64,000 nt of DNA from Centroscyllium fabricii (GCA_051313645.2 JBNRSN020000003.1:509206001-509270000), one strand, 5' to 3'. Positions 38,219-51,187 are shown, counted from the first letter of the stretch. Notes: generated from the sequence alone by a model not told the origin. Translations and numbers: made by a program.

Positions 38219-38421
38219 GTAAGAAGTCACACAACATCAGGTTATAGTCCAACAGCTTTATTAGAAATCATAAGCTTTCGGAGCACTGCTCCTTCATCAC
38301 CTGACGAAGGAGCAGCGCTCCGAAAGCTTGTGATTTCTAATAAAGCTGTTGGACTCTAACCTGGTGTTGTGTGACTTCTTACATTTGCCCACCCCAGTCC
38401 AACACCGGCATCTCCACATCA
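38219..38421. mobile_element. Miniature fold-back Penelope-derived element whose two hammerhead motifs meet at the symmetry axis
   Basis: Intact TCACCTGACGAAGGAGCAGCGCTCCGAAAGCTTGTGA at 38297-38333 and an inverted copy at ~38268-38299. CTCTCTATCTA duplication at the flanks. Confidence 0.85.
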
Positions 38422-39774
38422 CCTCTCTATCTAACTAGAGAAAAAGAGTGCGAAAGAGAGGGAAATTGATCTGCATCTCTGGATGACAAGAGAGAGAGAG
38501 AAACAAAGGTCATCCTCTGACCCTCCCTCAATTCTGTATTTTGAAGATTGGCTCAACAAAGCTATCAAGTTACCACCTCAAATTAAAGACCATCCCTTGG
38601 CATGGGGGCTGGCACTGCCAGTGTGTCAGGTCCAGCAAAGCCTCCTGCTGGGTACAATGAATTCAAACCCGTCATAGCAAAAAATATCAAAGACCAGATA
38701 TTAATGAACTTCATTACCTCAAAGCTATAGGAGGCAAAAGTAAATACTCGGAGGTTTATGATGGCTCGTCTGCCTCATATTTCACTGCCCTCTCCGCAAC
38801 TCCAGAAACCATCCTAATCAACAATCTTAATGGTTTGTGTAGCTCTGGGAGTTAATCTTTTCTAATCTGAATCTAACCTTCATAGTAAGATAACAACATG
38901 AATAAAACAAAACTCCTTCCAGGCAAAATAGGTACAAGTTCAAAAGCCATTAGCAGAGATCCAGCTTTAATGACATTAGCTGCATCATTTCAATGTTCAA
39001 AACCCAACTATTCTTAATATTTTAATACGAGAAATATAACATAGGATACAGAGGCCAAGTATTTGTTTTGATTTACAATCAACAATAAAGACTGAAACTA
39101 GGAAAGCCTTTCACTTTCTATCACCAGTTAGTCTTCATCTCATTCAAATCTACTGATTTGAATCACGAGTTGCTGACAGATATTTTAAAATAATTATTGG
39201 GAAAGCACAACAAATAAAAGGAAGCAAATATGCAAATATGAAAAATATAAATTCATCGTAGCGGAGGTTAAAAAGCAGATTAGCCAGTAATAAGTGTGAC
39301 CATCCAGGTCTTACTCCATACAACAGGATTTCAGGCACCACTGACAAGTCCATATGCCAGGCCTTCAGTATTCATGAACCAAGGAAAATGTAAACTGCAC
39401 TTAGAAACAGATGCTAGAGCAAATGTTACAAATCAGGAGGAAAAAAATTATAAAGACAGACTTCTACTGGGAGATTTAATGAAAAATCACCTGCTTGAGC
39501 CTGTCCAGTAGAGTGACACTGGCCGGAACTTTGCCCTAATGGCGGGGAACTGGCAGGGATTGGTCGGGGCGGGTTTCTGTCCCGCCCGATTAAGTGCCTG
39601 CGTTTCCCACGAGATTTTCGTCTAACGACCCAATTAATTCCCGGCCTGCAGGAAGCCTTCCCAATCACCAATTTCCAGTCAGAAAGTCGCGCAATATGAC
39701 ATCAGGATTCGGGTTTTCTTTAATAAACACAGCTCGCCTCCCGCACTGCTCAGAGCTCTGCAACCTTCAGCAGG

Positions 39775-41761
39775 ATGGCAGAGCGTGAGGGTGCTGCATC
39801 GGGCAGCGCGAGGGGCCGACCCGCCCTCAAATTTGATGATGCCTCTCTCGACGCATTGCTCGAGGGGGCAACTACCCATAGGGAGGTTCTCTTCCCCTCC
39901 TCAGGGAGGAAGAGACCTCCCTCATAGACTAAGGCTGCATGGCAGCAGGTGGCTGAGGGGGTCAGCTCCTTGGGCACAACACCCCGGTCCTGGCTGCAGT
40001 GTCGCAAGCGATTGCATGACCTTCATCGCACTGCCAGAGTAAGTATTCATTTCCCCTCACCCTCAATCTCATCCCCCTCACCTCTCCTCACCACAACTTT
40101 TCACCGCTCCCTTCCTCCACATCCCACTTGCCCATCACCTCCAAGCAACCTTACCCATTCCCTCTCTATCTATGCTCACACTCACGGTCCTTTCCCTCCA
40201 TTCAGCCCTCACACTCCCTCTCACTCATGCTTGCTGCACATCTGGCACCACACAGGGAGAGCCTTTGGTCTTGCAGGCTCACTGCATCTTTGTCACCCTA
40301 CAACAAACTTTGCTGGTCACTTGCTGCAACAACTCCTTCCTTCTCACTCAACCTCCACTTCTCTCCCTCATTGCAGGAAAAGACAGCCGCCAACAAGGGG
40401 CACAGCGCCGGGACCGGAGGAGGATACCCACCATCCAGCAGCTCACCACCTGGGAGGAGGCAGTGCTAGACCTCGTTGGGGAGGGGCAAGCCCCAGGAGT
40501 GGGTGACGGCAAGGCAGGCAGGCAATCTCGAGCTGGTGACAGCATGGTTTAATTATTTCTCTAAAAGCTAACACATGAGACTGGCACAATGAATGTAAAA
40601 GCACTGCAGAGGCAGCTCTGCTCAGCTCCTGAATGCTATCTGTATGTAACCTTGCTGACATATCTCTAACTTCTGCCTTTACTGCCCCACAGGGCCAGCC
40701 GCAGCTGGACAGCCAACCACAGATCAACACCAGGCCGCCCCTGTCCAGTCCTCAGAGGAGCCTGCCACCTCTGAGGGTGCACCGTCAGCACCACAGACTC
40801 CACCCGGCACCGCGCAGATACTAGCACCTCGGTGGGCCCCCTTAGGCTACATATGACTTGTCACCGGGTGATTCAGACAGCACTAGTGAGCCTCAGCAGA
40901 TTGTGGAGACAGGGACAGCAGTGCAGGGTCCTAGTCGGAGGGCGCAGGACTCTGCCAGCTTAGCTGAGCTGCATGTCGATACAGCGCCTTTGGATCCATC
41001 AGGCAGAGGAGACATGATGGGACTCCAGACACAAATGCAGGCGTCTCCCAGGTAGCTGCGAGTGTCATGCGAATGGAGGAGTCTGTCGCAAGCATGAGAA
41101 GCAACCTTGCGGAGTCAGTGGCGCATGATCGCATCACCATGGAAAGGATGGCAACCACCATGGAAAGGATGGCGAACACCATGGAAAACATAGCGACCGT
41201 GGAGGAGAGGATAGCCACGGCCATCGAGCACATAAGTCGCCAGTCTTTCGAAGACATGGGCACTATCCACAATAGATACACATCTCTTGAGCAGCGAGTG
41301 GCATCTATTGAGCAGATGACCCAGACCTTCGTGGAAGGCCCTCTCAGTAGGACTTCCACTGCAGAAACAGGTCCCCATGGCCCCTCTGAAGTGCAGCAAG
41401 GTGCTGTCCAGCCACTTGCTGGCACTGAGGGGGAGGTGACCCATGAGAGGGAGGTTGGTGGTGCAGCTGAAGGAAGTGGGGCTCCTCTCCAAGCGCTCCC
41501 ACGTCCACACCACTGCAGAGCCCTCGGTCAGAGGCCCGCCGGAGTCCCCATGCACCCGAGATGGAAGTCTCATACCCTGCCCAGCCGCAGGAGCAGCAGA
41601 CTGGTAGCGAGCCCCCACAGGCTCGCCGCCCCAGAGGACGACCGCCAAAGGTGTCCAGACAGGAGCAGCAGGGCACTCAGCAGGGGGCCTCCACATCTGC
41701 TGACACCACAGGGCTAGCACCACGTAGAAGCACTCGCAAAACAACCAGTAAGCACCCTTAG
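39775..41761 (+). pseudogene. Harbinger Myb/SANT-like DNA-binding protein gene, spliced (exon 1 39775-40038, exon 2 from 40377, exon 3 from 40693)
   Basis: MAEREG...KFDDASLDALLEG...REVLFPSSGRKRPPS*TKAAWQQVAEGVSS...RSWLQCRKRLHDL|GTAAGT. Exon 2 reads EKTAANK...TGGG...LTTWEE with a frameshift. In-frame TAG at 39925. The C-terminus has RPRGRPPK. Confidence 0.82.
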
Positions 41762-43016
41762 GCACAACGCGAGTCACTTGGGTGTTAGTGTAACAGTCAG
41801 TTAAGGTGTCCAAAGCAGTGGTCAGACAGCAGACAACTGCAGGTGCCACCTGATGCAGTTGTCATGTCTGACATCTTGCGAATGGCCCTTCCACATTGAA
41901 ACCTTATGCAGGCTGGACAGCAATCGGGCAGGCCTCACAGATATGCAAGGATGCAGACGCAACATGGCAGAAGGACTTACAGCAAGAGGAATGAGGTTCA
42001 ATAACAGACTACAGCTCAATGGTTAACTGTGAAGGTCCTTGAAACCGGCCTACCTTCATGGTGACGCACACCAGCGAACAGAGGGACTGTATGACCGATG
42101 TGTGGTCCAAAGGATGACCAGGTTAACTGAACAAACCACCTGATGTTTTCGCAACACCAGCAAACACGCCTCAGGCTGAACTTTAACACGAACAAAACTT
42201 TGAAAGGATGGAGGTGGGCAAAGAAAAGATGGGCCAACTGGCCAAAGTACCCACGCATCCATCATCTGGCTGCAACTGGCCCCTCACAGCACCTGACCCT
42301 GATGGAATGGCCAAGGAGCCATGGTGCCAGCATGCCTCAGCTCTCACACATCAAACAAGATCAGGTGGGTGAAGAACCACCAGACATTGACCCTCACCGC
42401 CCTCCACAGCTCCTGCCTCATGTGTGGGTGCGCTGCCCTGGTTTGTCAGAATGTGTCACTCTTGAAAAGAGAGGGGCAGCACGTGAGAGGGGGGAACATG
42501 ATTGACAATGGATATGAAGTTGCAAGCTCAAAACTGGACTGGCTGAGGTGCAGCATTGCTGATAATGACATTTTGACCGTTTCAACCTGCATGTCTGCAG
42601 CTGAGATGCCTAGGACATCATTAATGCAGTGATTCATAAGTGCTGGTCATCAGTTGAACAACCATGCATGTGGCCATGTTTGCTTAATGTCGTTACTAAA
42701 CAGCATGTTGCAGTTGCAACCTTTAATGTTTCTGTGTTCATTATTGCATGTGATGGATGGATGGATGTTTGGGTGGGACCATGTGCATCAAAGAAATGTG
42801 TGGTGCGTCAGGGGCGTGGGTGCATGCGCGAGCGCAGAAAGCCTTCACAGGCACTTGGCAGCCCCAGAAGCACACTCCCCCAAACCCCCCCGCCCCCCCA
42901 CAGATGTCGTTACAGTAGTGGGACTCATGCAGGTATGAGCTGTGGAACTGATTGGAGTGTGTCATTGAGGATGCGCTGTTAGGATGAGGAGAGTAACACA
43001 AGCTGGCTTGAATAGT

Positions 43017-44283
43017 CTAAGAAAATCTTGCAAGGATGAGCTCCATCCTTGCTTGCCGGCCAGCAACGTTCTCGCGTAATGGTGGCGCTGGCTGGGGTCG
43101 AGCGGCAGCAACCCCGTCCTCCTCCTCCTCCTCTACCTCCTTCTCCTCTTCCTCTTCTTCCTCCTCCTCTTTCTCCTCCTCTTCCTCATCAGAGGACGGT
43201 ATGCGAGGAGGCAGGTCTTAGTCAGGAGGTTGCAAGCCACGGCGCTGGGCCATGTTGTGAAGTTGACAGCATACCACTACCATTCTGGAGACCCTGGCTG
43301 GGGTGTATACAGGGCTCCACCTGATCTGTCCAAGCATCTGAAACGCATCTTGAGCAAGCCTATGGTGTGCTCTATAATGCTTCTGGTGGAGATGTGTCTG
43401 GAGTTGTAGTTCTCCTCAGCCTCATTGGCTGGCCTCCTGACCGGCGTCATGAGCCAAGTCCTGAGGGGATAGCCCTTGTCTCCAAGTAGCCACCCCGGAA
43501 GCTGGTCCGGCGGTGTGAAGAGCGTAGGCAAGGTTGATTGGCGCAGGACAAAGGAGTCATGGCAGCTGCCAGGGTACCTGGCACACACATGCAAAATCTC
43601 CTTGTTGTGGTCACACACCAGTTAAACATTGAGTGAATGGAAGCCCTTGCGGTTGAGAAAAGCTACTGGGTTGTCGTTGGGTGCTGTAAGGGCCACATGT
43701 GTGCAGTCAATGATGCCCTGCACCCTTGGGAAGCCTGCCAGACGAGCCATTCCAATCGCTCGGGCCCTCACACTTGCGCGATCCGTGGTAAAATGAATGA
43801 AATTGTGGGCACGGGCAAAGAGGGCATCGGTTACCTGAGTGATGCAGGAGTGTGCGGCCGACTGGGAGATTCCGCTGATGTCGGCTGCTGATCCCTGGAA
43901 TGAGTCCAAGGCAAAGAAGTTGAGTGCGGTGGTGACTTTGAGGGCCACTGGTAAGGCATGTCTACCTGGTGTGCTGGGCTCCAGCTCTTGCTGCAGCATG
44001 GCGCAGATGTCTGTGACTGCCTCTCGGGAAAGTCGGAGTTGCTTTGGCACCGCCGCTCACTCATGTTGAGGTAGGTGGCTCGGACTCTGTAGACCCTGTT
44101 TGGGGGGTATCTTCTGCGGCGACGGCCTTGGATGCGCCGATGCCTTCTGGCCCATGCTGCCCCCGGAGGGTCCGCAGAAGCATCAGGCTCCTGGTGTGGC
44201 TGGTGCTGTTGCTGCTGTAGCCGCATCTGCTCCTGGTAGAGATCATGCAATCCCAAGAAGGGAAGGAAGAAAATGGCTCCGCT
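43017..44283 (-). pseudogene. Harbinger (HARBI1-like, DDE_Tnp_4) transposase with stops and frameshifts
   Basis: Encodes [73 protein letters not shown] and CCQLHN, then an acidic tail. Start codon appears decayed. Confidence 0.92.
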
Positions 44284-44796
44284 GGCAGCCTCGGCTGAGG
44301 AAGCACTGAGTGAGGGGGGGGGGGGGAGTGAGAGGTCTTTCCCAGGTCACACTGCAGAAGTGTTTGAGGATTCAACCTTCCACAGGTGTGCTGAAGCCTG
44401 TTGCAAATATCCCCAGGACTGAGAGAACAATGTGTTTGGGGAAGCGAATGATGGCTGATTAAATGTGAGCCTTCATTGAGTGACCGGACACAGATACTCA
44501 GCAGTCCCACGGAGTTCACACAAGGGTTTCACCGGACGGGGTTTATCTTGGCGGGTTTTGTGCGTGAAACACATGAAAAATGCTAAGGGCCCTTAAAATG
44601 GGATTACTGAATCCAATTAAGGGCCCTTAACAAGCATCCCCGCCGGATGCCGGCGGGAAAGATTTGGGGCGGGAAAAAAGCCCGCACAAAAATTCTAATC
44701 CGGCGGGGAATGGGCGGGAACCAAAATGTTCTAATTTTCATCTCCCGCCCGCCCAAAACCCCACCTGACGGGGACACGAAAATTCCCCCGACTGTG

Positions 44797-45577
44797 GGGG
44801 TGCTTTTTCCGGAAGTGCGGGAACCTGGCGGGGATTGGTCAGGGCAGGTTCCTGTCCTGCCTGCCCAAAGACCTGGGAACCCCACGCAATTTTTATTTAA
44901 TTGAGCAATTAAATCCCCGCGTGCGGGAGCCGGTGGTAATTGACTCAATCGAGTCAGAGCTGCAGCGGGCTGCTAGGAGCTTGACTGACAGTTCCAGCAC
45001 TGGTTGCTGACAGTTCCCATGGAAACACTCCATTGTGACATCACAGTGGCGTGGAGCCAATGGGAAAGGCCAAGTGCTGGTGACTGACAGGTGGGCGGGC
45101 GGGCTCCGAATCTTTGACAGCAAGCCAGCAGCTGTCAGTAAATCTGCAAAGCTTACATTTCTGAGGTTTTGGCCACAGCTGTTGTCCACACAATGGAGTG
45201 ACTTACTCCTCCATGGTGTTGAAGGCGAGCGAAGCATTGTGCTGCAGGTTCTTCAACACCTTGAAGGAGAAAGTTATGAACACTGCTGTGCTCCTGGTGG
45301 GTTTCACCAGCGGGGTTTTAGGATGGCGGAGTTAGAGTGGGAAGGGGATGAAAATTCCGAAGGGCCCTTAAAATGGCATTACACATGCCAATTAAGGCCC
45401 CTTAATGAGGTGACAAACCATCCCCGCCGGCCGCAATGATTTGGGGCGGAGAAAGATGGCGGGGGAAAATGTGAAAGCGGCGGGGATCTGACTGGGGGGT
45501 CGCGACCCGCCAGTTCTGCTATTTTGCTGGCCGACCCGCCGAAAACCCCGCTTCACGGGGAGCTGAAAATTCCCCCT
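44797..45577 (+). mobile_element. Harbinger MITE inserted next to the full-length element
   Basis: GTG|GGGGTGCTTTTT ... AAAATTCCCCCT|GTG. Colinear with 14017-14782. Confidence 0.85.
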
Positions 45578-46416
45578 GTGTTACTAGGTTTCCCTCAAAG
45601 TGTGAAAGCAATGTCCAGGTGCATGTGGATTATGAGGGCCTTTACCACAAAAAGACCCTTTTTCTTGCCTTTCCACTAGAACAGATCAGTACTATACCAT
45701 TTCCCTATTCTACATGAGATAGTAACACCTGGGAATTTGTGTGGCCTTCTGGGAATTTGGGTGGCCTTCAATTATAAATAATTTGCACTTGTGTAAGTTT
45801 GTTATTTTCTTTCAGCGGTGTAAACTTACAATTTACTAGGCAAATAAATTCACTACTATAACTCAGACTAATGCAGATAATGTCAATTCTAATAGCGGAT
45901 GTCAAAGCAGAGTGACGTTTTTCTAAATATATATTACAATGAAATCATCTCTTATTTTACTTCCTACTCAGTACCTCCTATTGAAAAGGGGTCATGTTTG
46001 TAAACCTACCATCAGTCAATCTTAGATCAAAAAAAATATTGCATGCATAGCTGTTCTGGCCGCATCTTATGGATTAAAAATAAAAACAAATGTTACACCT
46101 AAAACCTGCAAAAATGCAACCAGGCTTCCATCCATCAGTTATTTAAAAATGCATGTTTAACATTAAATCAGCAATGAGATGCCAGGAGAATAATTAAGCA
46201 GTTTGTCAGAGTTCACGATGACTACTTGCAGGAAAGTCTGAAGGTAAAAAACTTAAATTAGGGACAGAAAAAAAAAGCCATTATGGCTTATACTAAATGA
46301 CAGTCTTAAGAAACGAGATACGCCTCAAACAGGCGAGGTCACTTGCTGAGCTCCGGTATATTTTTGCTCAGTTAACTGCTTGAAAAAAAGTAACAAAATG
46401 CAAATTTTAACGGATA

Positions 46417-46717
46417 TGGTTGAGCACCAGTAATCCGGCACCCGATGGTCCGGCACCTTCAGTGGTTCGGCACGAATCGGAACCGGCGGCCTTCAGTTTG
46501 TGGAGTAGCCGCTCATCGGCGCTGCCGCCGGTTCCCGTGAAGGGTGGGCGAGCGTCGGGCGTTTGGGCTGCTGCTGAACAGTCAGTGTTCTATCCCCGGG
46601 CTCCCTTCCGGGGAGTGTTCTACCGTGCGCTCCCCCCGAACCTTCAGTGGTCCAGAATTTTCAGTAGTCTGGCACCAGCCTGGTCCCAAGGGTGCCGGAT
46701 TAACGGTTCTCAACCTG
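46417..46717. mobile_element. Tc1/mariner-type MITE, related termini
   Basis: GGTTGAGCACCAGTAATCCGGCACCC ... GGGTGCCGGATTAACGGTTCTCAACCTG|TA. Confidence 0.7.
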
Positions 46718-47079
46718 TACTCAGAAGTAGAATTATTCCAAACTTGTGTCGTATTCCAACACAATGATAGATTTTTTGAACTACATAAAGAACTAGTTCC
46801 AAATGTACAAAAATCTACAGGTCAGATGAAAAAAAATAGGATTGACACCAGCAATATCCTAGTTGTCCATTCTTGGCCAATTACCTTTCGACATTTTGTT
46901 TGCCCAGCTGGCTTCAGTTGATTGCATAAATACCTACGCTCTCCTCAGTCTCTGCAGCTGTGCTGTAGCGAAGGTTAGGAGCTTGATATCAGCACGTGAA
47001 GGTTTGAAATTGGGAGCCCCCCCTGAATAAATAGTGCTTTCACTCCATATGTAAAATGAGCAGTGCATGGTGGGAGGAT

Positions 47080-47439
47080 AAATGCAAGAAGTCACACAAC
47101 ACCAGATTATAGTCCAACAGTTTTATTTTAAATCATAAGCTTTTGGAGCTTCTGCCCCTTCGTCAGATGCCTCTATATATGCTATGCTTAAATGAAACAC
47201 TTAAAATATGTTAATAGGCCTTTGTGTGTCTAGCTCTACGGAGGTGAGATGTGGGAGATATCAGATTTCTCTCTTCATCACACATGTGCGTTCTTTAAGT
47301 CAGTCTCTCTCTTTCATCTGACAAAGGGGCAGAAGCTCCGAAAGCTTATGATTTAAAATAAAACTGTTGGACTATAATCTGGTGTTGTGTGACTTCTTGC
47401 ATTTGTCCACCCCAGTCCAACACCGGCACCTCCACATTA
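47080..47439. mobile_element. Fold-back Penelope-derived element (same subfamily as 3261-4478)
   Basis: Inverted arms with mutated hammerhead motifs and a one-sided tail. ATG(G/A)TGGGAGGAT duplication at the flanks. Confidence 0.82.
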
Positions 47440-47699
47440 TGATGGGAGGATGGCAGAGGTGCAAGAATTGCAGAGAAATGTGGGCAGTGGATGTAGGGCA
47501 AGTGGAGGTCAGCAGCTACTTATGCTAAAGTACTTAAAACAGCTAACATGGACCCCTGGATACAACAGTAATAATGAAGGAGACTTGGCTAGATATAAAT
47601 AACTGGACATTATTCCAGTCAGGTGAGTTGTGACAGCTTTTATCCAGCTCACTAGTTGAAATACTCCATGGTAGAGGATGTAACTGTGGTAGTGATGGT

Positions 47700-47983
47700 G
47701 GGATTTAAAGTAATTGATAGAAGGATTCGAGGGGAGTTGAGGAGAAATCTCTTCGCCCAGAGGGTGGTTGGAGTCTGGAACTCACTGCCTGAAAGGGTGG
47801 TCGAGGCAGAGACCCTCATCGCATTTAAAATAGTACTTGGATATGCACTTGAAATGCCGTAACCTACAAGGCTATGGACCAAGAGCTGGAAAGTGGGATT
47901 AGGCTAGGTGGCTCTTTTTCGGCCGGCACAAACACAATGGGCCGAATGGCCTCCTTCTGTACTGTAAACTTCTAGGATTCTAT
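47700..47983 (+). mobile_element. CR1 3' end
   Basis: Encodes RNLFAQRVVGVWNSLPERVV, followed by the 3' UTR. Confidence 0.85.
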
Positions 47984-49189
47984 ATGGTTGGAGAGGAAGA
48001 GCTGAAATTCTGGTAAGACCAGTCCCATTCTGCAGAAACGCGAATCCCATTATGCAGCCATAGGAGCAACCCGCAAGAAACATACTTGGACCAAGTCACC
48101 GCCTTCCTGGTAAAAGGAGGAAGCATAGCAGCATACGACAGCAGCAGCGGTCAAACAGAAGTTTAAAAAAAGCATTTAAAAACAGCATAAATGGAGCAAT
48201 TCAAATAGAAACTTATTTTTAAACTAACTATATTTCATGCCCTTCAGAACCACGATTGCCAAAAGTAGCAAACTAATTTCACTGAACTGTAATCTTTTTA
48301 ATTTCCAGAGTTCTACAAATACTACCACTGAAAAATTACACACATTTCCCTAGGATTCTGAATATGTATATGGAGTGTAATGTCTACTACTGAAGCGTCT
48401 ACATCAAAAAGGAAACAAAGGAACTCCCTCCTCAATGGAATGTCAAAGGAAAGGTCATCATCGGGTTAATGAGCAATAAAATTTGACCTTGACCAACTGT
48501 GCTATCTCGAGCCATGCAAGGCAGTTTTTAGGGTTTATGTATAAAATGCTTAAAACGCACCTCCAATTGCAATCATATATTTGGTACCAGATCATTCCAT
48601 GCTGTATAACATAAAAGGTGAACACACTTGGGAGTTTTGGAAACTTCTAGAATGTGTGAGGAAATGTGGATGGCAAGATCTTACAGAAAAATTTGTCTTC
48701 ACTTTTACAGCTCCACACCCGATTTCAGTACACACTGAAACAAAGCCAAATAACAGTCGTACTTTCCAGAAATGTTTGCAAAGAAACCAACTGACTTGAA
48801 GATAAACTTTTATTGCACCAAGATTTACAAAACCAATTCCCTACTAGACTGGTCTCTGTACAAACACCATGAATACTGAAGGAGCCATTCATAAGGACAA
48901 CAAATTGCATTTAGATAGAATTCCTCACAAGCAAAAAGACATCCGAATACTTTACAATAACAAAAATAAGGATATGGTAAACACCAAGTATGGAAATAGG
49001 GGGACAAAATGGAGAGACTAAGATGGACAACCAAAGGCAAAATCAAAAAGAACAATTTTGAGGTTTTTGGAAGCACAGAAGAAGGGGAAACGTTTAAGGA
49101 ACTGGATAGAGAGATCCAGAGCACAAGAGTGAGCAAACAGACATCAATGGTGGAGCTGAGGAAAAAAGAAGTCCTGTGTTAAAGGAGGG

Positions 49190-49505
49190 GACAATGCATG
49201 CCAGGTTATAAAGCAATTGAGAGCACACAGTCAGGGTAGGGGAGGCCATGCAGAGATTTGAAAAGGAGAAATACAATTTTGAAAATCGACACTCTGGGTC
49301 ATGAGACAGGGTGACGGGAGTCTGGGGCTTGTTGCAGGCGACGACTTGGCTTGCAGCATTTTAGATGAGCTGAAGCTTGCGAAGGATCGATGTGGGGAGG
49401 CCAGCTAGGAGGGCATTAGAAAAGGCGAGTCTCAAGATAACTAAGGCATGGACAAGGATTTCGGCAGCAGAAAGGGAGAGAAAGGGATGGAGGCACAAAA
49501 ACTGC
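49190..49505 (-). mobile_element. L2 LINE ORF2 C-terminal fragment
   Basis: Encodes PFLSLSAAEILVHALVILRLAFSNALLAGLP...KLQLI, typical of L2. Confidence 0.75.
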
Positions 49506-51187
49506 AGAAGTAGACAAAAGAAGTTTTGTCTAACCAGACAGGACTGATTATACAATCTACATATATTGCCAGTAATTTGCTTATTTCAAGGTTGCGTCAA
49601 CATGTATTTGAATCGACTGTGCAACGATCCTTCAAGGACTTGCAATAGAAAATTAGCTGCCAAAAATAGAAGTTTACTTATTCCCACAACACTATAAAGC
49701 ATTGTGTATTATAAATTAATGTATAATAATTAATATGCAATGTATGATTATTACAAAATGGCCAAATTAACTGAATAGTTAGAGGAAATCCGGCACACCA
49801 AGAGTTAATCTGGCAGTAACAGTTGAAGAATTGACATTTTTATGCAGCACCTGTCGACTTGATTTTTTTTTAAACATCTGTTGTTCCAAGTTAAAAGTCG
49901 TCCTTATCCAGTCTTTAGGTTCCCCTAAGCAGATCATTCTCTGGCTCAGCTGACCTGCCTGGGAGATCTTTGCCAATGTTACTCGATAGCCATCCATTAG
50001 GAGACAAACCAGAGTGGCACTTTCTTGGCTCCCCCATTGTTTAGCATCCCAGCCTGCCCAGGAGACAGCCACCTCGCCCCATTCTCCTCCCTACAAAGGC
50101 CAACTGAAGGCAGGGCTGTGTTGTGGGAAGTTGTGCAAGTGTGAAGCAACGCCATCTCGAAATATAATGTGCTGCACTTGCAGAGCTGAATAATTCAAAG
50201 TATTTTAATGGTGCAGTAATTTCTGGTTCTAATAGGGTTTTTATTTTAAATTCATCTTTGTGTGTTACTACTACTGATAAGAACTATCAGACTGACACAA
50301 AATACTATCTGCCAGCTCCCAAAAAGAAAAATTAATATATTTTGTCAAACTAATTGTAAATCAGTACCAGTCACTGAAAATCTAAGCAGTGCTTCCACAA
50401 ACACATTCTTCAATGATCAATTGAAAATGACCAATAGCTGATTTTTTAAAATAATTTGACATGTGGTGCCTCAGCCTAATTTTTGTTCTCATCCCAATAT
50501 CCAGTGTAGTAAATGGTGCAGATATTTGACTGCACTGGACACAGCGTGGTCCCTAAAGACCTCCACACCAGAACTAGCCACCCCAATAGCCAAGCTAGTA
50601 CACCGGCATTTGCCAGACAACATAGAAAATTGCCCAAGTATGTTTATCCACAAAAGGCAGGACAAATCAAATTCAGCCAATTACCTCATCAGCCTCCTCT
50701 CAATCATCAGCAAACTGATGGAAAGAGTCATAAATAGCGCTATCAAGCAACACCTACTCGTCAATACCCTGCTCACCAATTGCACTGGTGCCAGCCTAGA
50801 TTACATGGTCAAGTCTCTGTAGTGGGACCTAAAGGCACAAACTATGGACTCAGAGGTGAGAGTCCTATCACTAAGCCAAGTGCCAGACAATTATCACCTC
50901 CAACAAGAAAATGCCCAACCACTTCCCTGACCGTCGACAACATTGCCATCACCAAGGTCACACACCATCACCAAGGTCACTCGCCATCAACATCAATATC
51001 CTAGGAAGTCAACAGTGACTGGAAACCTAACTGGACCAACAACACCAACACAGTGGCTATGAGCAGGGGCAGGGGCTGGTTATGCCAAGTGCGTACAGGG
51101 TACTTGGTGATGGCAGTGTTATTTGAAGATAATGGAGGTGGTTGGGCCTTTTCAGGTTGGAGGTGGTCATTGCCCGGCACTTGGGTA

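Larger units (their letters stand above)
39521..44790. mobile_element. Full-length PIF/Harbinger DNA transposon (5270 bp), decayed
   Basis: ACT|GGCCGGAACTTT ... AAAATTCCCCCG|ACT (3-bp TSD, imperfect short TIR). Carries a Myb/SANT gene (+) and a DDE transposase gene (-). Confidence 0.9.

Noticed and set aside
43017-44283. Host HARBI1 gene (and NAIF1/MSANTD for 39775-41761)
   Set aside because: Both have stops and frameshifts and lie between transposon ends with a TSD, so they are element genes, not domesticated ones.
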